DNA of 64,000 nucleotides from Paragordius varius (lineage: Eukaryota; Animalia; Nematomorpha): contig OZ176053.1 of NCBI GenBank assembly GCA_964247055.1, positions 1,736,001-1,800,000 on the forward strand, in the 5' to 3' direction. Position numbers and translations under genes: made by a program. Position 1 is the stretch's first letter. The number at the start of each line of letters is the position of its first letter. A model generated the notes under the pieces. It was not told where the DNA came from and ran no database searches. It saw only the letters and a program-made list of their open reading frames with translations. This document shows, one piece after another, positions 24,501 to 36,015 of this stretch.

Positions 24501-27500
24501 AGATATATAATACTAACACAATAAGTTTTATATTCTACAATTGTGACTAAATAACTTATATGAGAAAAATTAAGGTTTTAAATGTATGGTTGTCTTTTAG
24601 AAAAAAATAAATTTGTCTTTATATTTTTGCATTTTGTCCGTATTTTTATAGTTTATAAATTTAATAAATGAACAAACCTTATCCAAGAATGGGTGATCCA
24701 AAAAATCGGGACCTCCGATACTAAGATTAAGGATATGAAGTCGTTTCAAAATAGCATAATTAAATGCATCCAAGTACCATGATGTATAAGATATCTAAAG
24801 GTAAAATATATATACCATTTGCAATTCAATTTCACCCTTAAACAATTCAAATTCACCCTTGAACAATTCAAATTCACCCTTGAACAATTCATATTCACCC
24901 TCGAACAATTCAAATTCACCCTCAAATAAATAACATGTTTTTTAGGATTATAAATTACCTATATTTTATATATTTTTAAAAATTAAAATTTTGTTTTAAA
25001 TTAAATATATTACTGAAAAAATAATAAACTCTACCATAAGCATATATTTCATATTAATAATGAGTTATATTAATTCAAAAACACATAATTTATTTTTAGG
25101 GTTGAATTGTTTAAAGGTAAATTTGAATTGTTCAAGGGTGAATTTGAATTGTTCTAGGGTGAATTTGAATTGTTTAAGGGTGAATTTAAACTGTAAATGG
25201 TATATATTTAAAAATGAACTTCACTAAAACAAAATATTCATAGTAATGATCAATATACCTATAATATTTTTTAAATAGATAAAAAAATTTAAAATTAAAA
25301 TATAATTCGGCATATTTTAGTAATAAATTAAAGCGATCAAAATTTTGTTAGGAGAACAACATACCTTTAGGAATTGATTAAAGTTTGATTTTTTTTAGCA
25401 ATTTACAACAAATGGGTATGCTTTCAATTTTTGTGCATTTCCACCCAAACTCACTGATAACTTAATTAAATCCGTAAAATTAGTAATGTAAAAAGATAAT
25501 CCCTTGTATTTTAATTTTTCCACATATTACATCATTAATTTTAAAAAAAAATGTTTTTCGTATAATGAAAAATGTTTTTTTTGAGACCTAAAAGATAACC
25601 TAAATACTAGAGATTCCGTAAATACGCATTAAAATGTATAAATTGTCGCCCCCTTACACATAATTAATGTTAGTTTTCACATAAAAGATTAATTTTACAT
25701 GAAAAAAAATGTTTTAAATTTTCTAAACATATATTAATTTTGAGCTACAAGAAAATTATAAAACAAGCCCACCTGAGAATCCGTAAAAACGCATCAATGT
25801 TAAAACCCTTACAATTAATGTTAGTTTTCATATAAAAGATCAATTTTACATGGAAAAAATTTCAATTTTCAAAAATTTTAATTTCGAGCATAAAAGAAAA
25901 TAAAAAACAAACCTAAGAACCCTAAAAACGCCAAAATAGAAATCGCTGCCCCCTTACACATAATCAATGTTAGTTTTCTAATAAAAGATTAATTTTACAT
26001 GAAAAAAAAATGTTTTAATTTTCTGAGCATAAAAGAAAATTATAAAACAAACAAACCCACCTGAGAATCCCTAAAAACACGGAAAATGTAGAAATCATCG
26101 CCTCCTTAAATATAACCAATATAACATAATAAATTTAAAAAGATCAATTTTACATGGACAAAAAGGTGTTTTCAATTTTCAATACATATTTTAATTTTGA
26201 ACAAACCCACATCTCACCAGAGAATCCCTAAAAACGCATTAAAATGTATAAATCGATGCCCCTATACACATAATTAATGTTAGTTTACTTTTAAAAGATC
26301 AATTTTACATGAAAAGAAAAAGTGTTTTCAATTTTCAAAAATTTTAATTTCGAGCATAAAAGAAAATCAAAAACAAACTTGAGAATCCCAAAAACGCCAA
26401 AATATAAATCGCCGCCCCCTTACAATTAATGTTAAGTTTCATGTCAAAGATAAATTTTACATGAAAAAAAAATATTTTCAATTTTCAAAATTTTTTAAAA
26501 AAAATTATAAAACAAACCCACAAACCCACCTGAGAATCCGTAAAAACACGGAAAATGTTGAAATCACAGCCTCCTTAAATATAACCAATATAACATAATA
26601 AATTTAAAAAAGATCAATTTTACATGAAAAGAAAAAGTGTTTTCAATTTTCAAAAAGTTATTTAAAATTTGAGCATAAAAGCAAATTATAAACACCTGAG
26701 AATCCGTAAAAACTCGGAAAATATAGAGATCACTTTCAGGCGAAATCCCTGGACACAAGGTGCTTTGTCCCCCAATGACACCAGCCACAAAAGTTCCATG
26801 TCCCAATGTATCAATTCCACCTGAGACAAATCTAACACCATTATTTGTACCTTTATTCTTGTTTAAAAAACCATTGAGAGTGTCTTTATGAGGTAAATCT
26901 TTAGATGGATCTAAGATTGTGGAAATAATTTAAGAGTAAATATTGCTTCTTTATATATTCTAAAATGTGTGCTTTATGTATAAATCTTATCCAAATTAAA
27001 AGCAAATTTTATTAATTGGCTTCATGGTAAAAAAATTATATTATGCTTTTTAAAATTTTGCATGATGAATAAGATTGAGTAACTAAACTTTAGGACTTTA
27101 TATTCATAACTAAAAAAATTAGTTGAAAAATCAAGTTAATATTTTTTAGGTATATCATCCAAAGAAAAAAAAAACGAATATACCCGTCTATAGCATTATG
27201 ACAAATGATGCCAGAAAATAAAAATTTAGTTCTATGAAGTTTGGATTTTACAGAACAAAACATTATTTTTTGTAAATTGTGTGAATAGTTTGACTAAAAC
27301 CATTCTAAAAAAATAAATCGCTAGTCAGGTAGTAAAATTTACCCTATAAAATTGCGCAATTTTTCCATTCACTGTCAGTCCTAGGCAAGCGAGTGTTAAA
27401 GCTTTTCATCGGTCACTAATAATAGACTTTTCCTTAAATTCTTTAATAAAAAAGGAAAAAACATTATTTAAACTGAACAATAATCTCATTATATCATTCA

Positions 27501-29742
27501 CAAAGAAAATTCTGTACGATTAATAAAATGTATTTTAAAGTCAATAAATTTTTTTTAAACATTCAGTTTACATAAAATTTTTCCAAAAATCTCAAAAATC
27601 TTACCAAGTTGTTCCGAAGAAGCCTGAGCCGAAGGCGTAGTAACAAATTTATTTTTACTCAATTTAGCCCCCAAATTGTTATCAAAATATTCCGTTTTCT
27701 CAAAACTATGTTCATTCTCAATGTTGAGTTGTTCATTATTATCCTTATTGAAATTTTCACTTTTGTTGTAATTATTATTATGAAAGGTATTTAACGTATT
27801 ATGGGGTGATGGTGGGGTAGTAATAGAGATTGGTATATTTTCATAAGTCCAATCAGTAACATCTTTAATATTGAGCGTACTTTGAAAATGGGAATGGTGT
27901 AAGGATGAAATACCTGTATCAAATATACCAACTTTAACACCCTTCCCGCGTATTCCTAATTCCCACAGTGTTTCAGCTCCAATGAGTTGAGAAATCTTTT
28001 TTGAAAAATATAAAATAATTTTTATTTAAAAAGGATGACAAAAAAATGTATTACAGTAAAAATGAAAAATATTATTACGAAAGAGATATATATAACCTTT
28101 CATTTTTCCTACAAAAACTATATATTTTTGAGATATAGGGTGAATAGAGATGTAAACATAACTTACTTAATATAGTATTTACAATCGTAATAATACAGAT
28201 TATTATATTTAAAGATCAAGGTTTATAAAAAGTATGAGTGTCTTTAACAAACATTGTCTCTTTTATTTTTTAAGTTTTGTCTTTAAAATTTAAATTTTTA
28301 CTTCCGAAAAAAATTATTTCTATTAGAAAATTTTGTGATAAAAGCAGTATGTTATGATAAAATAACTAATAATTTTATCTATTTAATTGGGTATTATGGA
28401 ATCTGGTATAAAAACATGAAACCATCGCCCAATGTAAATGCTGAAATTTCTATTACAGTCATGTCTCCTTTATTTTATCGAAATTTATTTTTTTCGTTAA
28501 ATGGGTATAAATATTTGGTAAAGAATGGAAAAACAAGAGCTCTATGGTTATTCTTATACTTTTGTTATAAATATGTTGTTAATACCATAGAGCTATGTTT
28601 TAATTATTCTTTACCAAATATTTATACCCATTTAAGGTAAAAAAATAGTTTTTTGATAAAATGAAGGATACATGACCGTAAATCCAAATGTTTTATTTTT
28701 TATTTAAATAAAAATAGCCTTGGTTAAATGGTATCATTTATTACATACATGTACAAAATGTCCTTCATTAATTTTTTATTGATGATATATGTAACGAGCA
28801 GAGACATCTAGTTATAAAATACATGTAATCAATGATAGGATCAAATCTATTTTTTTATAAAAATTAAAAATACCATTCGGATTTTTTAATAAATTAAACA
28901 CTTTTCAGAATTTACTGTGATATGAGATTTTTAAAAAACTGTTTAACAGCGATATTAACGCAAGGAAATTTAGCTATTGGATATATAAATTTTTTTAAAA
29001 AAATAATTATTATAATTTTTTCAAAGATATAATTTATACCAAATAAAAATCATAGTCAGACTGATTTATTCCAATTTTATTTAAAAATATAACATTATTT
29101 AATGATTTTTTATAGTCACAATTACCCTTCTAGTGTATTTTGGGTTATCGAATTGCGGGTTTCGCATTCGAGTTCTCGGCCTAGTATGTTTTTTCTCAGA
29201 TGAAGTTGATGATGAGTTATTGTTTAAGTTTTTAAACCAAGAATTTGAAATGGATGCCGGAGTTTTACAGGTAAAACATTCAGTTTTAAGCCCATGAATT
29301 TTCCTGGTTATGATTTCGTGTGGATGTATGGCTTTTATTTTAAATTTACTTTTCTGAAAAATGCATTCTTGGAGCTGGATATCGAAATTTGAAATTATAA
29401 CCTAAAATTATGTTATAAACATGGTTTACTGTATCAAAATCGGTGGCTAATTTGGAAAATGGATTAGACATTGGTCGTTCTTTTAAGCAAATATGATTTT
29501 TAAGTGGGTTTCCAATGCAAATTTTATTCAATTCGTTTATAATGGTTCTTCGTTCATGTGGCAATAAAAAATCACCGTATTTTATAAGATATTCTAAAAA
29601 AAATAATTAAGCTTTAGATAAACCATGCTCAATTGCATTATACTTCCACAGAGCGTTCGCATACAAAAATTTTATGATCCAAAAATCTAAAATATTATAT
29701 AAAACTAAAACCAAAAAGTATCAAATATAATGCACATTTCAT
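11580..29742 (-). CDS. MBTPS1: Membrane-bound transcription factor site-1 protease (S1P/SKI-1), about 1519 aa, 18 exons
   Basis: Exons 29742-29712, 29686-29624, 29593-29430, 29401-29126, 27995-27605, 26910-26696, 24794-24678, 23282-23112, 22507-22434, 21959-21850, 20335-20052, 19033-18851, 17167-16864, 16132-15808, 14632-14295, 13825-13643, 13258-13091, 12742-11580; 4560 nt, all phases compatible. Signal peptide; catalytic FDTG, GHGT, GNDG and SGTSVASP; S1P-specific [68 protein letters not shown]; C-terminal TM. Confidence 0.96.
14822..15106. mobile_element. MITE family D (Tc1/mariner-like, CAGTAAAAATT ends)
   Basis: About 50-bp TIRs (agtaaaaattgaaattataaggacaaaacg...cgttttgtccgttaattttcaattttactg). 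Other copies at about 18529-18787, 24367-24652, 28054-28302, 35098-35350, 35729-35968, 36945-37199, 52761-53033. Confidence 0.8.
15571..15782. mobile_element. MITE family A (CCATTTACA...TGTAAATGG ends, subterminal 21-mer ttgaacaattcaaattcaccc)
   Basis: TIRs with TA flanks. Other copies at 16483-16702, 23309-23929 (composite), 24815-25200, 31836-32071, about 36425-36677, 43975-44233; partial at about 38950 and 40720. Confidence 0.8.
17225..17791. mobile_element. Non-autonomous hAT-like element, 567 bp, in an S1P intron
   Basis: TIR tagggctgtgc...gcacaacccta with a perfect 8-bp TSD attctgac (17217-17224 and 17792-17799). Confidence 0.9.
17795..18405. repeat. Diverged direct tandem duplication, about 325-bp unit x2
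   Basis: Units start ctgacaatgtaatt at about 17795 and 18121 and share aataagcacgaaa, taagtattgaca, tcagatatcactttgtttt, tttaattttaagga. Confidence 0.85.
19745..20011. mobile_element. MITE with (C)AGGGGTGT-type TIRs (hAT-like)
   Basis: agggtgtttaac...gttgtacacccctg with an internal gcggcccacga repeat. Relatives at about 31096-31420, 48208-48486, 58745-58975. Confidence 0.6.
20927..21761. mobile_element. MITE/foldback family B, 835 bp, with inverted subterminal arrays of the 21-mer ttgaacaattcaagttggtcc
   Basis: TIR ccatttgcacttcaagagtgtcc...ggacactcttgaagtgcaaatgg with TA on both sides; about 6 units on the left and 11 on the right. Second copy at 47000-47567. Confidence 0.9.
25590..26720 (-). 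repeat. Tandem array (about 8 units of 140-165 bp) of the S1P exon-6 3' end plus donor region
   Basis: Core cctgagaatccgtaaaaac or variants at about 25612, 25774, 25915, 26062, 26220, 26381, 26531 and 26697; the last copy is the real exon end (RVFTDSQ|gt). Confidence 0.85.
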
Positions 29743-29894
29743 ACTCTCCCGAGCTAATTAGGTATTTTTTTGTTTTTTAAATCCAGGTTATCAGAACTTT
29801 TATTGCGCATTCGTTCCCACAGATGCCTTATTTTGCATAATAGCTAATGTATTGGGAAAATTTTAAGCTTTGATTTAAAACTCATTCAAATTGC
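29743..29894. promoter_or_regulatory. Putative bidirectional promoter shared by MBTPS1 and ZNRF
   Basis: Only 152 bp separate the two divergent ATGs (29742 on -, 29895 on +). Confidence 0.6.
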
Positions 29895-32800
29895 ATGGGT
29901 GCCAAACACAGCTCTCCGAGACCTCGTTCAAGCGATGGATTCTTTCAACAATACGCTTCACCCTCAGGATCCTCGTCTATTTTATCAGCCGGTCCTGAAC
30001 CGTCACGATTACTGCTAAGTAACAATCGGCAAGACCGAACGTCTGCTGGGCATTCACAACAAAGCCGTTTATGCAATCGAAGACTTTATTCTAGTCTCAC
30101 GAATGAATCGTTTGAAGATTTAAGTTTTGAACAAGCCGCATTAAACCAATCTACTACATCATCAACCTTATCTGCTCAAAATAGTAGTAGTAGCATTATT
30201 GCAAATTCAAATTTCTCTCAAAGGCATTATGCTTCAAACAATGCCAATAATTTATCTTCATTAATCTCGAATCGAAGGAGTCCCGCACGCCAACTTCGAA
30301 GTGGCAACAATATTGACCCAATCTTTTGGGATCACCTGTATGCGCTCAGATGTTCCATATCGAGTTCCCTTTATTTTGAAAGTTAGTTTTTATTTTTCGG
30401 TTTTTATTTTATATTTAGTCAAGTTACTCTTATTAAATTATACATAAAATCCCATGATGAATTTGCATTAACGCATGATTAAGTTTAATAAAATTCTTAT
30501 AACCTTAAAATATACAATGTTTCGACATTAATTATTAAGATTTTTGTGTATTTTTGCGGATCGTTTCTTTGGTTTTAGTGTTAACAGTTTTTATTTGATG
30601 ATTATTGATCAAAATTTTTAATATATAGATAAAAAATGAAGTTAGATTACCAAGTAAATAGATATACGCTTATTATTTGTTGTTTTCATAGTTAAACTAT
30701 AGTGGACCCCCTTATAAAGATTAATGATTGCATCATTAGTATTTTGGCAAATAAATTTTTCATATAGTTTGATTTCAATATCCAGCTTTCTGCCTATAAT
30801 ATAATTAAATATCCAGCACTCTACAAATATCTAAATGAAAATATGATTATATATAGAAAATGGGTTTTGGGCTCTGACGATGCCCAAATACTAGTAGGTT
30901 TGTTTGAAATGTTATATTAACTTTAAACGACCATAGCTGAAAAACTTGAGCTTAAATTAAAAGTAGAAATACTGTATCATGATTACCATGAGCCAATTAT
31001 AGTCTATAGGCGCTTGTTATTACTAAAAAGCTCAGTATAGCGAAAAGGTCCATATCTCTAGAGTTATAAAAACGGAAAAACGATGCCTTAAACAAGAGGT
31101 GCCCAACACAAATGGCTTTGGATGGAACATTTCTGATCATCAAATAAAAACAGTTGAGTCGCATTAAAAATATATATGGGCACTCATAAATAATATATTA
31201 GGGTGCATAAATTACAAAAATACAGATATTTATTTCACAAATTTTTTCTAACTCGTTGCCAAAGGTTGAAACGATTCATTCAAATTCAAAAATTGTTTAG
31301 GAAAAAAACGTGAATTTTACCAAAAAAATTTTTATATGAATAGCAATATTTTTAGGAATTATGGAATTTCCTAATTATTTGGTAATTTTTCAAGGGCCGC
31401 GTGCTGAACATCCCTACCTTAAACACTTGTTTTAATTCACTTATATATAAAAAATTACTGTCCTTAGCAAAAAATAAATACGATTAAAAATTGATTGAAA
31501 TCTATTATTATACTTACCTGTGTGTTGTTTATATTACATCAGTAGTGATAAAATAGTAATATGTTGAAAATTTCAAATTTTTATACTACTTTTTATCAAT
31601 ATATATATAGGGGAATATCAATTGTTTAATATTTACTTTGGCCCCAATACTCTATTATTGTTATGGCTGAATTTATATTTTCCTGATTGGCAAATATAAA
31701 ATTATTATATCTAAACCGTCTATATAGAGTTGCTTTAATGTTCATTAATAGGTTGTAAATTCTTGTGTTTTTTTTTTCAGAGTTAAAAAACTCCAAAAAA
31801 ATTTGCAAATAACTTTTTTTATATATATATATATACCATTTACAATCCAAAATCACCCTTAAACAATTCAAATTCACCCTAAAAATATATGTGTTTCGAC
31901 TAATATAACTTATCATAATTATAAAATATATCTATATATTTTTGTATTATTTTAATTTTATTTTTTAAAAATATAAAAAAATATAGGTAATTTTTAACTT
32001 TAAAAAACACATAATTTATTTTAGGATAATTTGGATTGGAGGGTTCAAGGGTGAATTTGAACTGTAAATGGTATATATATGTACCGTCTATATAAAGTTG
32101 CTTAATCATATTAAATTATAAAAATAAGTTCGAATTTCTTATTTTTATTCAGGGTTAAAAAACTCCAATATATATATATATCTTAAACTTTTGAATATGT
32201 TAAAATGTGTGATTTTTATTTTTTAGATCTGAAATGTCCCATATGCACGAAAAAAATTCCTTCCGATGATTTAGAATACCATCTATTTTTGTGTTTGACT
32301 AAACCGCGCATTACATACAATGGTATTATTTAAATTTTTTTAAAGGTAAATTAGTTGTTTTAACTATAAATGAAAAAGCATGAGAGAGCGCATTTTATTT
32401 GTCTTTGTAAGTTGCATAAAAATTTCTGAAAAAGGTATCAATTTACATAAGGCGAATTTTGTTAAACTTTGGTATCATTAATTGTAGACATGCGTTTCAA
32501 GGAACCTTTTTACTGCTAAAATATCTAATTACAGTTTTTTCAATTAATTCCATGGTTCATATTAACATTTCTTTTATACATTACATTATTTTGAATTTTA
32601 AGTTAAAACTTATTTTTATGTGTAAACTAAAAAACAGTGGAAACACTCACAATGAATAAAGATGAATGTGCAATCTGCCTTGATGATATGGCCAAAGGGC
32701 AAACTATAGCCCGATTACCCTGCCTTTGCATTTACCATAAAGAGTGAGTATATATATATTATATTTTATAAAATGGGGGTATGCTTGGTAAAATTATTGA

Positions 32801-33012
32801 TTTTAACATATCTATTTGTTTAATGTGACCCTAACGAGCTTAGTCGCTTGCTTAATTTGGATTATATGATCAATTCGTTTTTTTACATACAAGAGTGCGT
32901 ATGAATCAGAAAAATTCTTATTACAATTAATTGATTTTGTTCATTTCAGTCAGCGGTCAAGTTTTTAAACTGTAAACTGTTTCGCTATGGTGGAAATTTT
33001 GAATTTGGTTTT

Positions 33013-33045
<33 letters not shown>

Positions 33046-34272
33046 CGGGACTAGCTAAAATAAGTTATGGCTTATGACTGAGAAAACCTGTTAAAAACAC
33101 AAAACTATCTATTCCTAAAGACCATACCATTCCAAAATGTGCAATTTATATATATATATATATATGGTCAACCTCATTTCCTCTAGAGGTGTATAGAAAG
33201 TGGAATAAAACACTTCTGGGTTTGTTAAAGTTAGAATTCGATACATCTTGGATAAGTATTTATCAGCTTTAAAAACAAAATTGATAATTTACATCACGGC
33301 GATCCAGTCAGCCTTTACTTATCGTTATAAAATTGACCGTTCATTCAAATAAATTATGTTACTAATTTAATCGTCTCCCTACATTTATTTCAAACGATTA
33401 AGTTATTATAGGGGATATATTTGGCTTTAAGGTTCATATAACGCCCAGTTTTACCACATTCAATCTCAGATAAAAATTTTTACTGAAGGGCCAGACCCAA
33501 TCTCTATGATCCACTATAAAAAAATTTGTTTAATTTTGCCTGCAATTAACACTTAGGAAACTATAATCAATTAAGTTTTAACAAACCAGTTTTGATCCAT
33601 TAATATTGGACTTGTTTGCGTACCATATATCTGCCTTGTTATTAGGTTTGTCTTTATTGTTTTTAGGCATTTTAATTAATCTTTTGTGGGGAATCCTTGG
33701 TACTTTGAAGCTTATATATAAATATATCCTCACGAACTATTTATTATTGTTGTCTATTGCTATACGCATTAGCGGGAAAGTTTTTTTTCCTTCACCATTT
33801 TTCCAATGAAAAAATTAATTTAGGCTAGCTAAATAATAATGCAATTTTTGTTACCATATTACGTGCGCAATTATTTATGAGGCCTTTAATTCTATTATAC
33901 TTTGTTTAACTTAACTTGTTGTTATGGACACTTAGTTATTACGTACTTGGAAACCCTAAAAACATTTTGGCTAATGAAAATAAATACCCTTAAAAATAAT
34001 TTTTTTATGTGTGGCGTGATTATTTTTTGTGGGCTTATATTAATTTCGTATTAAACTAAGGAATTCATTGCCACATAAAAATAAATTTACCGCGATTTAT
34101 TAAATATGGACAGATTTTTAATTCCATGCATGCCATTTTGGTGAAATTGAAAATAAATACTTATTATATAAAATGATTTGTAATAATTAATCTGGTATAT
34201 TTATATACTTTTAGATGCATTGATAAATGGTTTAAAAAGAATCGCTCCTGTCCTGAACACCCTATCGATTGA
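29895..34272 (+). CDS. ZNRF1/2: ZNRF1/2-type RING-H2 E3 ubiquitin ligase, about 248 aa
   Basis: Exons 29895-30381, 32227-32322, 32638-32743, 34215-34272, phases compatible. Myristoylation-type MGAKHS; zinc finger [77 protein letters not shown]. Confidence 0.94.
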
Positions 34273-34566
34273 TTCTATGATTGATTATCGATTTTATCTG
34301 TGCAAAAAAAGATTACAATAAACTTATTAAAGGCTTAATTCTTTGGGAAAAGGGGAGTTTAAAAGTTTTTTTACACAGCATATCCATGGGACTTTCATGA
34401 AATTACATTGATTAGTCCTAACTGGAAAAATTAATTTTGCTCATATGTAATCTTTATATCAAACCGTTTTCTAAGTTTTATTAAAAAGATGATTTTTTAT
34501 TTAAATAAATGTTTGAGAAGAGCCATACCATACTTAGTGTTCTAGTTAATTATATCCCACACATAC

Positions 34567-34598
<32 letters not shown>

Positions 34599-36015
34599 CA
34601 ACCAATTTAAAATTATTATAAAAAAATTTATACTTATATGTAGAGAGTGATATTGTCAAGATTTTTGTATTATATCCCATTTTATCATAAACTGATTTGT
34701 ATAAAATATAAATGATAAATAAATGATATTTTACAATGTTTTCATTTATTGCAAATTTTATTAGTTTCATTGTTTTTAAGGTAAAAATTCAGAATCTAAG
34801 GTGAATCTTTGAAATTGGATTAATTTTTTATCAATTATATTTGTTGTCAAAGTGTAGTGATTAAAAATTATTTAGTATATATTTCTTGTGTGAAACATGA
34901 AGAATGGTTGGAATCAGTACTGCTAGGTGTAACAGAAATTTTCTATAACCCGATGTTGTTTTCATTGCTTTTATTTAGTAAAGCCAACATTTGACATTTA
35001 TTGGTCCATAAACGGTTAGAATTTTCCAGTGTTAGGAATTTTAGATTTTACAAAATTCAATAATTTACCGCATTATACTTCAAAATAATAATATATATAG
35101 TAATTGAAATTATACGATATGTGAAAATATAAAGGCAAATTTTTTTCAAAAGACAAACAACCATACTTTTTTCTTAATATATCTTATAAAAAATCATTTG
35201 ATTACATTCATAAAATAATTGTGTTACCAATTTACATTACTATAATTTACTTTGTAATTTCAATGACTTATATCTAATAAAAAGTGTAGTTGTCTTTTTA
35301 AAATATTTGTCGTTATAATTTCATGTTTTGTCCGTATTAAATTTTTACTGTATAATAATTAAATATATAACCATAAATATATTTTGTAGCTTTATGAATA
35401 AAAGTGGTCTGTCTATAAAATCTACTAATATAAAAGTGCAGGGGCCTTCTGTAATTTAAATAATCTGATGCCATCGCTATCTATCCATCAAATCGACCAT
35501 ATTTTTAGTTTCTGATATTAAATATAAAAAATGCGACTTAATACTTAAAAATGAAACCAAAGAACCATAACTTTAAGGCACGTCACTACTGACTTTAGTT
35601 AAAAAAATATTTACATAAAAAAATTAAAGGTTGATATTGAAAGCCTTAAAGATATATAATAATTATTTAAATTTATGGAATGATTAGGCATAATGTTATG
35701 TTAAAATTAATTATTAATTAACAATATACAGTATACGGTCAAAACTTAAAAATATACGGACAAATATTTTTTTAATAGACAACCATACTTTATCAATCCT
35801 TAATTCTATCCTATTAAAATCATTTAATAACAACCGTATAAATATACATTTCTATTTAATACTTTGAACTCTTTATCAAATAGTATATTTTAAAAAATCA
35901 AGATTATAAAAGTATGGTTGTATTTTAGAAAAAAGTAATTGTAATATTTTTACGTTTTGTCCGTTACTCTAAATAGAAGTTTATATTAATAATGATTACA
36001 GCGAAAGCATCCCAT

